A stretch of 26,939 nt of DNA. Origin: Promethearchaeota archaeon. GTDB taxonomy: Archaea; Asgardarchaeota; Lokiarchaeia; Sigyniarchaeales; SOKP01. The stretch is from contig JAFGGO010000078.1 of NCBI GenBank assembly GCA_016930515.1, forward strand, positions 1-26,939, read 5' to 3'. Below the pieces are notes generated by a model. It did no database searches, was not told where the DNA came from, and saw nothing but the letters and a program-made list of their open reading frames with translations. Each line of letters starts with the position of its first letter. Position 1 is the first letter of the stretch. Below are positions 18,176 through 26,939 of this stretch, one piece after another. A program made the position numbers and the translations under genes.

Positions 18176-18266
18176 TTAAATAAAATATTTTTTAATAAAA
18201 GCAATGATTATTTTCCTTAAATAGCTCATAATTGATTAATTACTAATTAATATAATAGACTCGAAC

Positions 18267-18707
18267 ATGGTAATTGACACTCTTAAAAAATTTGGAGACA
18301 TTTTAATATCCGAGGTAATGATTCACGATCCCCTATACTTTACTACTCCTGAAGAAAAAATAAGCGCCACTGAACTTTTAATGCTAAGAAAAAAGATCGG
18401 AGGACTTCCAGTCGTAAACAACCCCAAAAACAAGCAACTCATTGGAATCATAACCCAAAGAGATATACGATTAGCACGTTTTGCCGTTTCCTTAGAAACT
18501 CCTAAAACTACGATTAGAGATTTGATGACGCCGGAACCTATCGTCATCAAGAAGGATAATACAATTAGGGACGCTTTGAATAATTTCTTCAAATATAATA
18601 TTGAAAGGTTGCCAGTAGTTACAGATCACGACAATGAATTAATTGGGTTAGTAATACAAAACGACATCCTACGTCGATTACACGCCGAACTCTCCAAACA
18701 GGTGTAA
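18267..18707 (+). CDS. CBS domain pair protein
   Basis: 'IGGLPVV...LIGIITQRDI' and 'IERLPVV...LIGLVIQNDIL'. Confidence 0.9.
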   Translation: MVIDTLKKFGDILISEVMIHDPLYFTTPEEKISATELLMLRKKIGGLPVVNNPKNKQLIGIITQRDIRLARFAVSLETPKTTIRDLMTPEPIVIKKDNTIRDALNNFFKYNIERLPVVTDHDNELIGLVIQNDILRRLHAELSKQV

Positions 18708-18896
18708 TTGCATTAAATTCCGTTTTTTAAAAGCATGAATGCTTTTTTTTGAATTTCACAAAACGATCTTGATCTTGGTATTAAATTCGATAAAAAAAGT
18801 AAAATAAAGTAAAAATTAAATTACAGATATCTTATTAATATTATATTGTCGTTTTTAACGCGATATGACTATCTATTATATCCAAAGGTCTAAGAA

Positions 18897-20438
18897 ATGT
18901 TAGCGATACCTAAACCTGGAACGCCGATTATCATTGATATGGGAAGTGCTTATGTTAAAATTGGATTTGCGGGCGAACCTGGACCGAGATTCATTTTTCC
19001 TTGCATTACAGGAACTGAAAAATATAAAGCCGTTATGGCAGATGTGTCAACGAGGAGTATATATGTAGGGGACGACGCAATGAAGATGCGGGGCGTTTTA
19101 AAAGTCAAGAGACCTATCGAAAGAACAACCATCATGAGTTGGGAAGACTTTTACGAGATCCTTAACCATATTTTTTATACATTACTCCGGATTGAAAATC
19201 TTTCAGCGTATCCCGTGTTTTATGTAGAACCATCTTTTATTCAAAGGGAAACTAAGGAATACATCGCTCGAGTGTTGTTTGAAACCCATAGAGTCCAAAG
19301 CTTGATAATGGTTCCCTCTCCAATTCTTTCGATATTTGCCGTTGGTCTTACCACGGGTTTAGTTGTCGAAAGTGGACACGGTGTTACGACCATCGTTCCA
19401 ATCGTGAACGGGAAAGTTTATCACCAAGCAATTCAAAAACTTAACCTCGCTGGAATGGATGTCATAGGAAATCTCAGGACATTGCTCATGAGAGAAGGAA
19501 TTAACATTCAATCTTCTGCTGTTGAAGAAATAATGAGAGAGATAGTAGAAAAAAATTGTTATTTCATTTTAAATCCTAACAATCCGCCTCAAGCAATGGA
19601 GAACTTCAATTACCCGATGCCTGACGGTACTTACCTCAATATTCCCCAACACATACTTTATCTAGCACCCGAAGTGCTTTTCCAACCAGCGCTCATTAAC
19701 GCAAACACGCAAAGCATTCCACAGGCAACGATATCGTCATTATATAGCATAAATAGCGCCTATTGGAGCGAATTATTATCTCATGTTGTCCTTTCGGGAG
19801 GAAATCTTTCTTATCCAGGTTTCGAAGAGCGTTTTAAGTCGGAACTTACTGCGCTTTTGCCCCAATTAGGGCCCATCCCTAAACCCGTTGCCTCTTCAAA
19901 ATCGAAAGAAGCTCCTTCTCTACAACCAATGCAACTTCAATCTGTAAGAAGCGAAACGAAAGATCAAGATACTTGCTCAAAATGCGGTACTCTTGTTAAT
20001 TTAACTGACGGAAAGGAATTTTGCCCTTCATGCGGAGCACCGATGAAAGTACCAGAAATATCGTTAGACTTGAATCTCAATCAAAAAAAACCGAAGAAAA
20101 CAGACGAAGGAAAATGTCCCCATTGCAAAAAGGAAATTAAAGATAAAACGTCTCTTTTTTGTCCTTATTGCGGTAAAAAATTATTAATGCCTCAAATGCC
20201 CGAAATAGCGGGTCAGATTCCTGAACAAGAACACGCTCCAGAATTTTCTGGATTTTTTGAGTCGTCTGATACAGAGAGCATGCTAAAATTTTTCATTCCT
20301 GACAATCTTCAATACGCAACATTCTATGGTGCTTCTATCTTGGGTAGCTTACCCTCTTTCTTGAGTTTGTTTATAACCCCCGAAAAATTTCAAACTAACC
20401 CTGAACTGTTATATACGGACATTAGTTCAATTTTTTAA
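18897..20438 (+). CDS. Actin-family (actin-related) protein with internal double zinc-ribbon insertion
   Basis: Phosphate-1 'IIIDMGSAYVKIGFAGE', 'YVGDDA', phosphate-2 'TTGLVVESGHGVT', adenosine motif 'VVLSGG...PGFEERF', C-terminal 'YGASILGSL'. Insertion carries CSKC/CPSC and CPHC/CPYC. Confidence 0.9.
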   Translation: MLAIPKPGTPIIIDMGSAYVKIGFAGEPGPRFIFPCITGTEKYKAVMADVSTRSIYVGDDAMKMRGVLKVKRPIERTTIMSWEDFYEILNHIFYTLLRIENLSAYPVFYVEPSFIQRETKEYIARVLFETHRVQSLIMVPSPILSIFAVGLTTGLVVESGHGVTTIVPIVNGKVYHQAIQKLNLAGMDVIGNLRTLLMREGINIQSSAVEEIMREIVEKNCYFILNPNNPPQAMENFNYPMPDGTYLNIPQHILYLAPEVLFQPALINANTQSIPQATISSLYSINSAYWSELLSHVVLSGGNLSYPGFEERFKSELTALLPQLGPIPKPVASSKSKEAPSLQPMQLQSVRSETKDQDTCSKCGTLVNLTDGKEFCPSCGAPMKVPEISLDLNLNQKKPKKTDEGKCPHCKKEIKDKTSLFCPYCGKKLLMPQMPEIAGQIPEQEHAPEFSGFFESSDTESMLKFFIPDNLQYATFYGASILGSLPSFLSLFITPEKFQTNPELLYTDISSIF

Positions 20439-20624
20439 AAAATTTCTTTTATTTTGCCCTTTAATCTCATATTATTTCTTTAATGTATTCATTTTTTTTC
20501 TAATTTACGATGTGAAGACTTTTCTTACTTATTCAAATGCTTTATCCCCAATAGATCGTTAATTTTTAATTCCAACAAAAATTCTTAAAACTAAATTTTT
20601 AGAATTCAAACTGAGGCAAACGAA

Positions 20625-21722
20625 TTGAAAAAAAAAAACTTGAGTCTATCCTTGATAGCTCTTTCGATAATCAGTTTTATGGTAATAACACCTTTAGCTT
20701 TAGCTGTAACAAGACAAACTCATATCATTAACTATGTGATGAGCACAAAAAATGCAAACGATCAAGGTTTTGGAAATAGTTTTGACGCCACATCAAACGC
20801 TTTAGAAGTCTTAAATCGCTTTAACGCGCTTGATAAGGTGGACTCGTCCGCAATGCTAGAATACTTGACGACAGAATTAGAACGCATGATCGATCAAAAC
20901 GACCTGAATATATACGATTTGTATTATATCTTGAGATCGATCGACTTGCTTAACTCTACGAACGAAGAAGTAAACACGGATATAGAAACTAAAATTGGCT
21001 ACTTCCTTGAAGGCCTCAGTCAAGTAGGGGGAGGTTTTTCTCCAGATAACGCAAGCGATATGTCGACGATGATCTCGACATATTACGCTATTGAGGTTAA
21101 AGCCATCATTGACAACGAATATGTTGTGGAGACACTCCACTTGGATTGGACAATTGCTCGCCTGTCTTCGAACGGTGGCTTTGCAGGATCAAATGTAACT
21201 TCGGAAACATCTTTAATTGACACATATTGCGCCATTTCAATCCTTAGCAACGCCGATGAAATGGATAGGATCGCAAGCCCAGAAGATGTGGTAAGTTATT
21301 TATCGTCATTTTATGCTGGAAGCGAATCGAGTAGCATAAATCAGGGCGGATACTTGCCTTATTCCAATGCTGATTACGCCTTGCTCAGTAGTACCTTTTA
21401 TTGCGTGAAGGCGTTAAAAATGCTAAGGGACGATGGAAACACGGTAAATTTACGCCCATCATCAACTATTAACTGGATAAAGTCTCGCCAAAACTTCCAA
21501 GATGGTGGCTTTACGGATTCGATCGATGGTGGTGATAAAGGTTCGACTCTTGCGGGTTCCAAATTTGCGGTCTATTCCCTAGCTATGCTCGGGGGTAATT
21601 TAAACGATAATCCTTGGATGGTTGAATTTGATTATGTTGTGTTAATCGTTCTTATCGTGATTATTGGTATCGTGGTAATTGCTGTATTTCTTCTATATAG
21701 AAGGCGAAAAAATTTAGTTTAA
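20625..21722 (+). CDS. Secreted, C-terminally anchored prenyltransferase/squalene-oxidase-repeat (alpha/alpha barrel) protein
   Basis: Signal peptide, repeated GGF/GGY plus 'TYYAI/TYCAI/TFYCV' motifs, 'SRQNFQDGGF', C-terminal TM followed by RRRK. Confidence 0.75.
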   Translation: MKKKNLSLSLIALSIISFMVITPLALAVTRQTHIINYVMSTKNANDQGFGNSFDATSNALEVLNRFNALDKVDSSAMLEYLTTELERMIDQNDLNIYDLYYILRSIDLLNSTNEEVNTDIETKIGYFLEGLSQVGGGFSPDNASDMSTMISTYYAIEVKAIIDNEYVVETLHLDWTIARLSSNGGFAGSNVTSETSLIDTYCAISILSNADEMDRIASPEDVVSYLSSFYAGSESSSINQGGYLPYSNADYALLSSTFYCVKALKMLRDDGNTVNLRPSSTINWIKSRQNFQDGGFTDSIDGGDKGSTLAGSKFAVYSLAMLGGNLNDNPWMVEFDYVVLIVLIVIIGIVVIAVFLLYRRRKNLV

Positions 21723-21786
21723 ATTCAATCCTTTTCGATGGTATTTCTTTTTTATATCTTATAATATATTAGTTATTAATCTTTAG

Positions 21787-22656
21787 GTGTTGGTCGTGTC
21801 GGAAAAAATTTTAGATGGAAAGAAACTTGCCGATCTTTTAAATGCTCAATTGAAAAAAAAAATTAACCAATCCTTCAATAAAACAAAAATTCAACCGATT
21901 CTAGCGACAATTTTAGTCGGACAAGACCCCGCATCTAAAGTCTATGTGAACATAAAACACAAGACTTGTGCAGATATAGGTATTAATTCCGTTATGGTTG
22001 ATCTCGACGAAACTATTTCTAAAAAACACTTATTACAAAAAATTGAAGAGATAAACAACGACGAAAAAATACACGGAATCCTGCTTCAATTACCCCTTCC
22101 TCAAAGTTTACGTGGAGACACTGAGGAGTTCTTAGAAAGAATCTCGTATGTAAAGGATGTCGATGGGTTTCATCCAATTAATAGAGGAAGGCTCTTTGAT
22201 TACCACGAGGAATTATCTGCATGCACGCCAAAAGGTATCGTTAAACTTTTGACACATTACAATATCGAACTTGCAGGAAAACATGTCGTAATTGTTAATC
22301 GATCGAACCTCGTTGGAAAACCACTAGTCTTCATGTTATTAAAGAGAAACGCAACGGTCACGGTTTGTCATTCCTACACGAGGACACTCGAAAATATAAC
22401 CCAACAAGCAGACATTCTCGTTGTAGGTGTTGGAAAGGCTAAATTTATAACTAAAGAAATGATCAAGGAGGGTGCAATTATTATTGATGTCGGTACAAAT
22501 CGTCTCGACGGAAAACTCTGTGGAGATGTCGATTTCAATAATGTGTTCGAAAAATGCGGCTTAATTACGCCCGTTCCTGGTGGAGTAGGTCCCTTAACGG
22601 TGAGTTTCTTGCTTCAAAACACCTATTACGCGTATAAAAATCAGCTTAATCTTTAA
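21787..22656 (+). CDS. folD: Bifunctional methylenetetrahydrofolate dehydrogenase/cyclohydrolase
   Basis: 'ILDGK', 'DPASKVYV', 'HGILLQLPLP', 'KDVDGFHP', 'CTPKG', 'RSNLVGKP', 'GDVDF', 'TPVPGGVGPLT'. Confidence 0.97.
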   Translation: MLVVSEKILDGKKLADLLNAQLKKKINQSFNKTKIQPILATILVGQDPASKVYVNIKHKTCADIGINSVMVDLDETISKKHLLQKIEEINNDEKIHGILLQLPLPQSLRGDTEEFLERISYVKDVDGFHPINRGRLFDYHEELSACTPKGIVKLLTHYNIELAGKHVVIVNRSNLVGKPLVFMLLKRNATVTVCHSYTRTLENITQQADILVVGVGKAKFITKEMIKEGAIIIDVGTNRLDGKLCGDVDFNNVFEKCGLITPVPGGVGPLTVSFLLQNTYYAYKNQLNL

Positions 22657-22770
22657 ATTGGGCTTTAAAAAAATCTTTAGATGGGAAGTTATATTTTTGA
22701 AGGTGGGTTAATTTATAGAATATGTTAATAATTTAAATTTTTTTAAGGATTTTTCTCGAGGTACGATATC

Positions 22771-23232
22771 GTGGCAATTTTAGAAGTTGGAATCAATCTT
22801 GGTCCCAGAAATTTAATCGAGCGAAAATATTATTCGTCTTCGGATAACGTGTTCGATCCCAACTTGCGGGCGGGATTTCTTTCTGCTTTAGAACACTTTA
22901 CCACAGAAGTATTTGGCGACGACATAAATATAGTTTCTCTAGCATCGTACAAACTAGTATGTTACTGTCACACGATAAGCAAGCCTGATTTAGGCGATAA
23001 AATAAAGGATAAAGTGCCCTTGCTCAGCTATGCAATTATCGAAAAAGAAACCGACGCTCAAATAGTAAAAACTCACCTTGAGAAAATCAACGCGTACTTT
23101 TTGAATAGGTTTTCATTTTACGACATTTTTAGCAAGAAGAATAAGTATTTCCAAAGCTTTTCCAAGCGAATCGATGAAATTCTTGGCGATCTACATTTAA
23201 AGACAGAGGATAGATTTCGAAGTATTTTTTAA
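22771..23232 (+). CDS. Small longin/roadblock-like domain protein
   Basis: beta-beta-alpha-beta-beta-beta-alpha-alpha pattern. 'DPNLRAGFLSALEHFTTEVFG' resembles the longin segment of the 1570-aa protein ('DPELISGFLSAVSSFGRE'). Confidence 0.65.
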   Translation: MAILEVGINLGPRNLIERKYYSSSDNVFDPNLRAGFLSALEHFTTEVFGDDINIVSLASYKLVCYCHTISKPDLGDKIKDKVPLLSYAIIEKETDAQIVKTHLEKINAYFLNRFSFYDIFSKKNKYFQSFSKRIDEILGDLHLKTEDRFRSIF

Positions 23233-23268
23233 CGATACCAAGTCGTTCTTATCCAAGAGTTGGTCTGC

Positions 23269-24459
23269 ATGTCGTCAAATATAGGTTCAGAAGCGCAAGC
23301 GGCGTATCAAAAATATCTTGACGCAGGCTCAAAAGAAGAGAAAATAAAGAGATTAGAAGAATTCCTTTCTCTTGTTCCCAAACACAAGGCTACGGAAAAA
23401 ATTGTCGCTCTCAACAAGTCTCGATTGGCGAAATTGCGTCGTGAGGTCGAGGAAAAAAAGCAAAAATCGAAGGCTTCAAAACCAGTAAGTCCCTTCTCGA
23501 TAAAAAAGGAAGGTATTCAAATCATCTTGTTGAGTGATTATCACGCCCCTGGCACGGGTAAGACCTCATTATTGCATTATCTTACTGGTGCGGCCAAGGA
23601 TAAAATAGGGAAGTTCACGGCGCTTCCCGAGATTGGAATATACAAATACAAAAATGTGCGTTTCCAAGTCGTTGACATGCCTTCTCTCATGGAAGATGCT
23701 TCGAAAGGAATAGGAAACGGAAAGGAAATTCTCGCTCAGGTGCGCGCGGCTGACTTGTTGTGTCTTCTCGTGGATTTATCGCGAAATTACAAGCCACAAA
23801 TCGAATTGTTGTTGAATGAGTTAGAAGAAGCCGAAATACGCTTGAATGTGGAGCCTCCTGCAATTACGATCGAAAAGACGGGCTCAAATCGTATACAAGT
23901 ATTTTATATAACTAAAGAATCGAAAGAAAACTTGAACATTCCCGAATTGACTGAAAAGATCATTGATTTAGTCCACGCAAACGGCATTAGAAATGGTGTC
24001 GTAAAGGTCTACGGAAAGATTTCGCTCGACGATGTTCTCGACGCTCTCACGCCGGCTGTCGTCTATAGCAAGGCGGTCCTTATATGTACAAAGGGGGATT
24101 TGCCTTACACCTCTGAAGAATTCGAAAAAATAAAGTCTGAGTATTCGAACCTGTTCCCTTGGATAATTGGTACGAGCGTGCACAAAAAGACCTTTCCTGA
24201 AGATTTTGGGGATAAGATATTGTCGTTCCTCAAGAAAATTAAAATTTTTACCAAAAACGCCGGTAAGGTTGCGGAAAAGCCGCTCATTCTTAACGAAGAT
24301 TCTACCGTAAAGGATGTTACCCTTAAGATCCACAAGACCTTTTTTGAGCTTTTCGACCACGCTATTGTAATCAGGGAGGGGGCTCGTCAAAAGCGAAAAA
24401 AAGTGGGTCTCGATTACGCCCTCAAAGATAGAGATATTGTCGAAATTCACACTCGATAA
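23269..24459 (+). CDS. DRG/OBG-family GTPase with C-terminal TGS domain (divergent motifs)
   Basis: DRG N-terminus 'VPKHKATEKIVALNKSRLAKLRRE', P-loop 'PGTGKTS', 'DMPS', 'GNGKEILAQVRAAD', 'TKGD', TGS 'TVKDVTLKIH...KVGLDYALKDRDIVEIH'. Start is ATG 23269 (TTG 23260 in the track). Confidence 0.88.
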   Translation: MSSNIGSEAQAAYQKYLDAGSKEEKIKRLEEFLSLVPKHKATEKIVALNKSRLAKLRREVEEKKQKSKASKPVSPFSIKKEGIQIILLSDYHAPGTGKTSLLHYLTGAAKDKIGKFTALPEIGIYKYKNVRFQVVDMPSLMEDASKGIGNGKEILAQVRAADLLCLLVDLSRNYKPQIELLLNELEEAEIRLNVEPPAITIEKTGSNRIQVFYITKESKENLNIPELTEKIIDLVHANGIRNGVVKVYGKISLDDVLDALTPAVVYSKAVLICTKGDLPYTSEEFEKIKSEYSNLFPWIIGTSVHKKTFPEDFGDKILSFLKKIKIFTKNAGKVAEKPLILNEDSTVKDVTLKIHKTFFELFDHAIVIREGARQKRKKVGLDYALKDRDIVEIHTR

Positions 24460-24508
24460 GTTCTTTATTATGTTAATTTTTTAAAGAAAAAACACATTTG
24501 ATAAAACA

Positions 24509-24679
24509 ATGAATGTCTTAATCATTATTCCCATATTCCAACACGAAGAAGACATGCCCCCCTTATTGTCAACGAGATTAGGCGTGCTTTTTAACGATTC
24601 CGATTTGGACTCTACCGTCGAGGAACTATACAAACTACTCCTTAAAAAGCTTGGAAGCAAGGGTGAAACCTCGATTTAG
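24509..24679 (+). pseudogene. 56-codon ORF resembling the C-terminal third of a TIR domain (probable remnant)
   Basis: MNVLIIIPIFQHEEDMPPLLSTRLGVLFNDSDLDSTVEELYKLLLKKLGSKGETSI. The 'IIPIF...PPLL..RLG..F...' pattern plus final helix is TIR betaD-alphaE-like. An in-frame TAA at 24482 excludes the N-terminal part. Confidence 0.5.
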
Positions 24680-24809
24680 TAATTCGGTTAATAAATTGAA
24701 TGTGTGCCATTAAAGGAGTAGAATCAGATTAAACAATATAAATGAAAGCATTTACAAATTTATCATTTTAAATCTATAAATAATAAATATCTACCAGGTT
24801 AAATCAGAA

Positions 24810-25265
24810 ATGACTGACAAACTTGAAAAAATTAATGAATTGATTCAAAAAATCGATGGGAGTGGTTCTGATTCTGAATGGGATGCTATTGAAGAATTGC
24901 GGAGAATATGTGGCGATCAATTACCGCAATACCTCCTTGATTATTTCCAGAGGTCATCACAGTGGAAGGTAAGAGTCACCTGTGTATATCACGCCATACG
25001 ATACGCAAGAAGGAATGAATTCGCAATTACTTTAGGAAAAGTTGCGATAAAAGACAAGTCAAAAATCGTTCGTTATCGCGGTTGCATGTTGCTCGCCTAT
25101 TCGCTACGCAAGGATGTAATACCCTTCCTTCGTCAAGCGTTAAAAGAAGTCCCATTAAACTCCCGCGAGGACGTGATAGCCACGATTGACGCAATTGAAA
25201 ACGAAAATCATCACTTCTTTGTTGACAGAAATCATTCAGGTAAAGTTACCCTTAACATTAACTAA
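24810..25265 (+). CDS. HEAT-repeat protein
   Basis: 'SSQWKVRVTCVYHA', 'IKDKSKIVRYRGCMLLAY', 'VIPFLRQAL...SREDVIATIDAI'. Confidence 0.75.
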   Translation: MTDKLEKINELIQKIDGSGSDSEWDAIEELRRICGDQLPQYLLDYFQRSSQWKVRVTCVYHAIRYARRNEFAITLGKVAIKDKSKIVRYRGCMLLAYSLRKDVIPFLRQALKEVPLNSREDVIATIDAIENENHHFFVDRNHSGKVTLNIN

Positions 25266-25547
25266 TATCTTCTGGTTCTAAGAAAAATTGCAAGAATTAA
25301 AGAAAAAACAGAAATAAATTCTAGAGAATTGAGGTTATAAGTATATTTTTTTTCTAGGTAAATAGATTGAAACAACTTGATTTTCAAATTCTCCCAACTT
25401 CTTTTTTCTTGTTTGTAAATGCCTAGATTGAGACTCTGAATCCGATGAATATAAAAATTAAATTCAATTTGGTTTTTTTAAGACTTTACTATAAGATTTT
25501 TATATTATCATTTGATATAAGAATAATAATCAAAGGTAGTAAAGATC

Positions 25548-26912
25548 ATGTTCTATGGGAATAAAAATAAAATATTTTTCTCAATTTATATTACAATTTT
25601 GATTTATTCTAGTTTTTATTACTCTTGTTTTGTTTTAAATCCTTCTAGAACACCTTTATTTAATGTTAATTCGAAGAATCTACACTTGAGCAATCAATTA
25701 AGCGGAACTATGAAAATAACGACTACTTGGGGCGGAAATGGTCACGATGAAGCGTTAAAGGTTTATACGGATTCGCTTGATAATATTTATGTCGTCGGAG
25801 CAACAGATAGTTGGGGTTCGGGGGGATTAGACATGTGCTTGATAAAATTTAATTCAACTGGTACAATGATATGGAACAGAACATGGGGAGGAAGTAAAGA
25901 CGATATTGGAAGCGGAATTGTTATGGATTCCTCTGGAAACATATACATTTCGGGAACTTCTGAGAGCTTCACCGAAGATACATGTGTTTACTTGATAAAG
26001 TATTCTCCCTCAGGTAATTTCCTTTGGAATGTTTCTTACGACATTAACGGTACTCAAGAAGCATGTGGATTGGCTATTGATAAGAATAACAACATCTATC
26101 TAACCGGTTATTATACAAACTTGATAACTTTCGAAGACCTAATCTTGTTAAAGTTTAATTCCGATGGAATTTTGCAATGGAATTCGACATGGGGAGGAAT
26201 AGGACCTGATATAGGTCGCGATCTCGTAATAGATAACTCATCTAACATTTATATTACGGGTGTTACCTGGGGTAATGGTATCAATCCAAACATTTGTCTT
26301 ATAAAATTTAATTCATCTGGAACTATATTATGGAACGAAACATGGGGAGGAAATTCCCCTGATGAGGGATTAGGAATCGATCTAGATACTTCAGGAAGTA
26401 TTTATGTGTCTGGATATACAAAGAGTTATTGTGAAGGCTCATCTGACATGTGTTTGATTAAATTTAGTAGTAATGGTTCAATTGAGTGGAATTCCACATC
26501 ACTTTTAGTTGACAGCGATTTCGGGAAGGGAATATTTGTTGATAATATAGGAAATAGCTATATTGTTGGATTTCTCGAATTTTATGAACCCGTTCATTCT
26601 TTTAATCTCTATATGTCTGCCTTCGATTCTAATGGAGCACTTTTTTTAAACATTTTTTGGGACAATGGTGCTACTGAAAGGGGTGTTGATATTACCTTTA
26701 ATACTGATGGAAACCCCATAATCATTGGAATTAGTAATAATTCTGGTTCATGTGATATAGTGATCCTGAGTTTTAACACGCAATTACTATGTCCACTGAC
26801 TCCCCCCGAAATCATTCTAACTGCCATAATTTTAGGGATTAGTGGAATGTTTGCATTTCCCTTGATTTTAATAATTTATCTAATAAAGAGAAAAAAAAAC
26901 TTTAAACAATAA
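25548..26912 (+). CDS. Membrane-anchored SBBP-type beta-propeller repeat protein
   Basis: About 7 repeats of ~52 aa ('TWGG..D.G..I..DSSGNIYI.G.T.S.....D..LIKFNSSG...WN'), an N-terminal hydrophobic segment, and a C-terminal TM followed by KRKK. Confidence 0.88.
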   Translation: MFYGNKNKIFFSIYITILIYSSFYYSCFVLNPSRTPLFNVNSKNLHLSNQLSGTMKITTTWGGNGHDEALKVYTDSLDNIYVVGATDSWGSGGLDMCLIKFNSTGTMIWNRTWGGSKDDIGSGIVMDSSGNIYISGTSESFTEDTCVYLIKYSPSGNFLWNVSYDINGTQEACGLAIDKNNNIYLTGYYTNLITFEDLILLKFNSDGILQWNSTWGGIGPDIGRDLVIDNSSNIYITGVTWGNGINPNICLIKFNSSGTILWNETWGGNSPDEGLGIDLDTSGSIYVSGYTKSYCEGSSDMCLIKFSSNGSIEWNSTSLLVDSDFGKGIFVDNIGNSYIVGFLEFYEPVHSFNLYMSAFDSNGALFLNIFWDNGATERGVDITFNTDGNPIIIGISNNSGSCDIVILSFNTQLLCPLTPPEIILTAIILGISGMFAFPLILIIYLIKRKKNFKQ

Positions 26913-26939
26913 ATATATAGATTTTAATCCTTTTTTTAA

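Noticed and set aside
25720-26560. Recurring TGGGG(A/C)GGA nucleotide repeats as a CRISPR or DGR-like array
   Set aside because: They are the coding WGG motifs of beta-propeller blades within an intact ORF.

Overview
AT-rich window from an Asgard archaeon, most likely Lokiarchaeia/Promethearchaeota. The assignment rests on an actin-family gene, longin-like domains, archaeal GGTGA ribosome-binding sites and eukaryote-like SECIS hairpins. Ordinary content: ZIP metal transporter, aconitase, MBL-fold hydrolase, ModE-type regulator, CBS protein, FolD, DRG/TGS GTPase and several membrane-anchored surface proteins. Main finding: two small paralogous genes that the ORF track truncates, at 1027-1407 (+) and 3733-4086 (-), flank the aconitase gene. 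Each has an in-frame TGA at the same aligned position in a [S/T]-U-x4-C motif. Each is followed in its 3' UTR by a near-identical eukaryote-type SECIS hairpin (AUGAN / 8-bp stem / AA loop / NGAU). They are best read as two hidden selenoproteins with a HesB/IscA-like N-terminus. Also notable: an actin with a double zinc-ribbon insertion and altered catalytic residues, a 1570-aa Ig-like/TM/longin receptor-like protein, a SIR2-TPR protein, a HEAT plus winged-helix protein, a tandem pair of unknown paralogs and a probable TIR-domain remnant. All calls come from reading the sequence by eye; no database searches were run.
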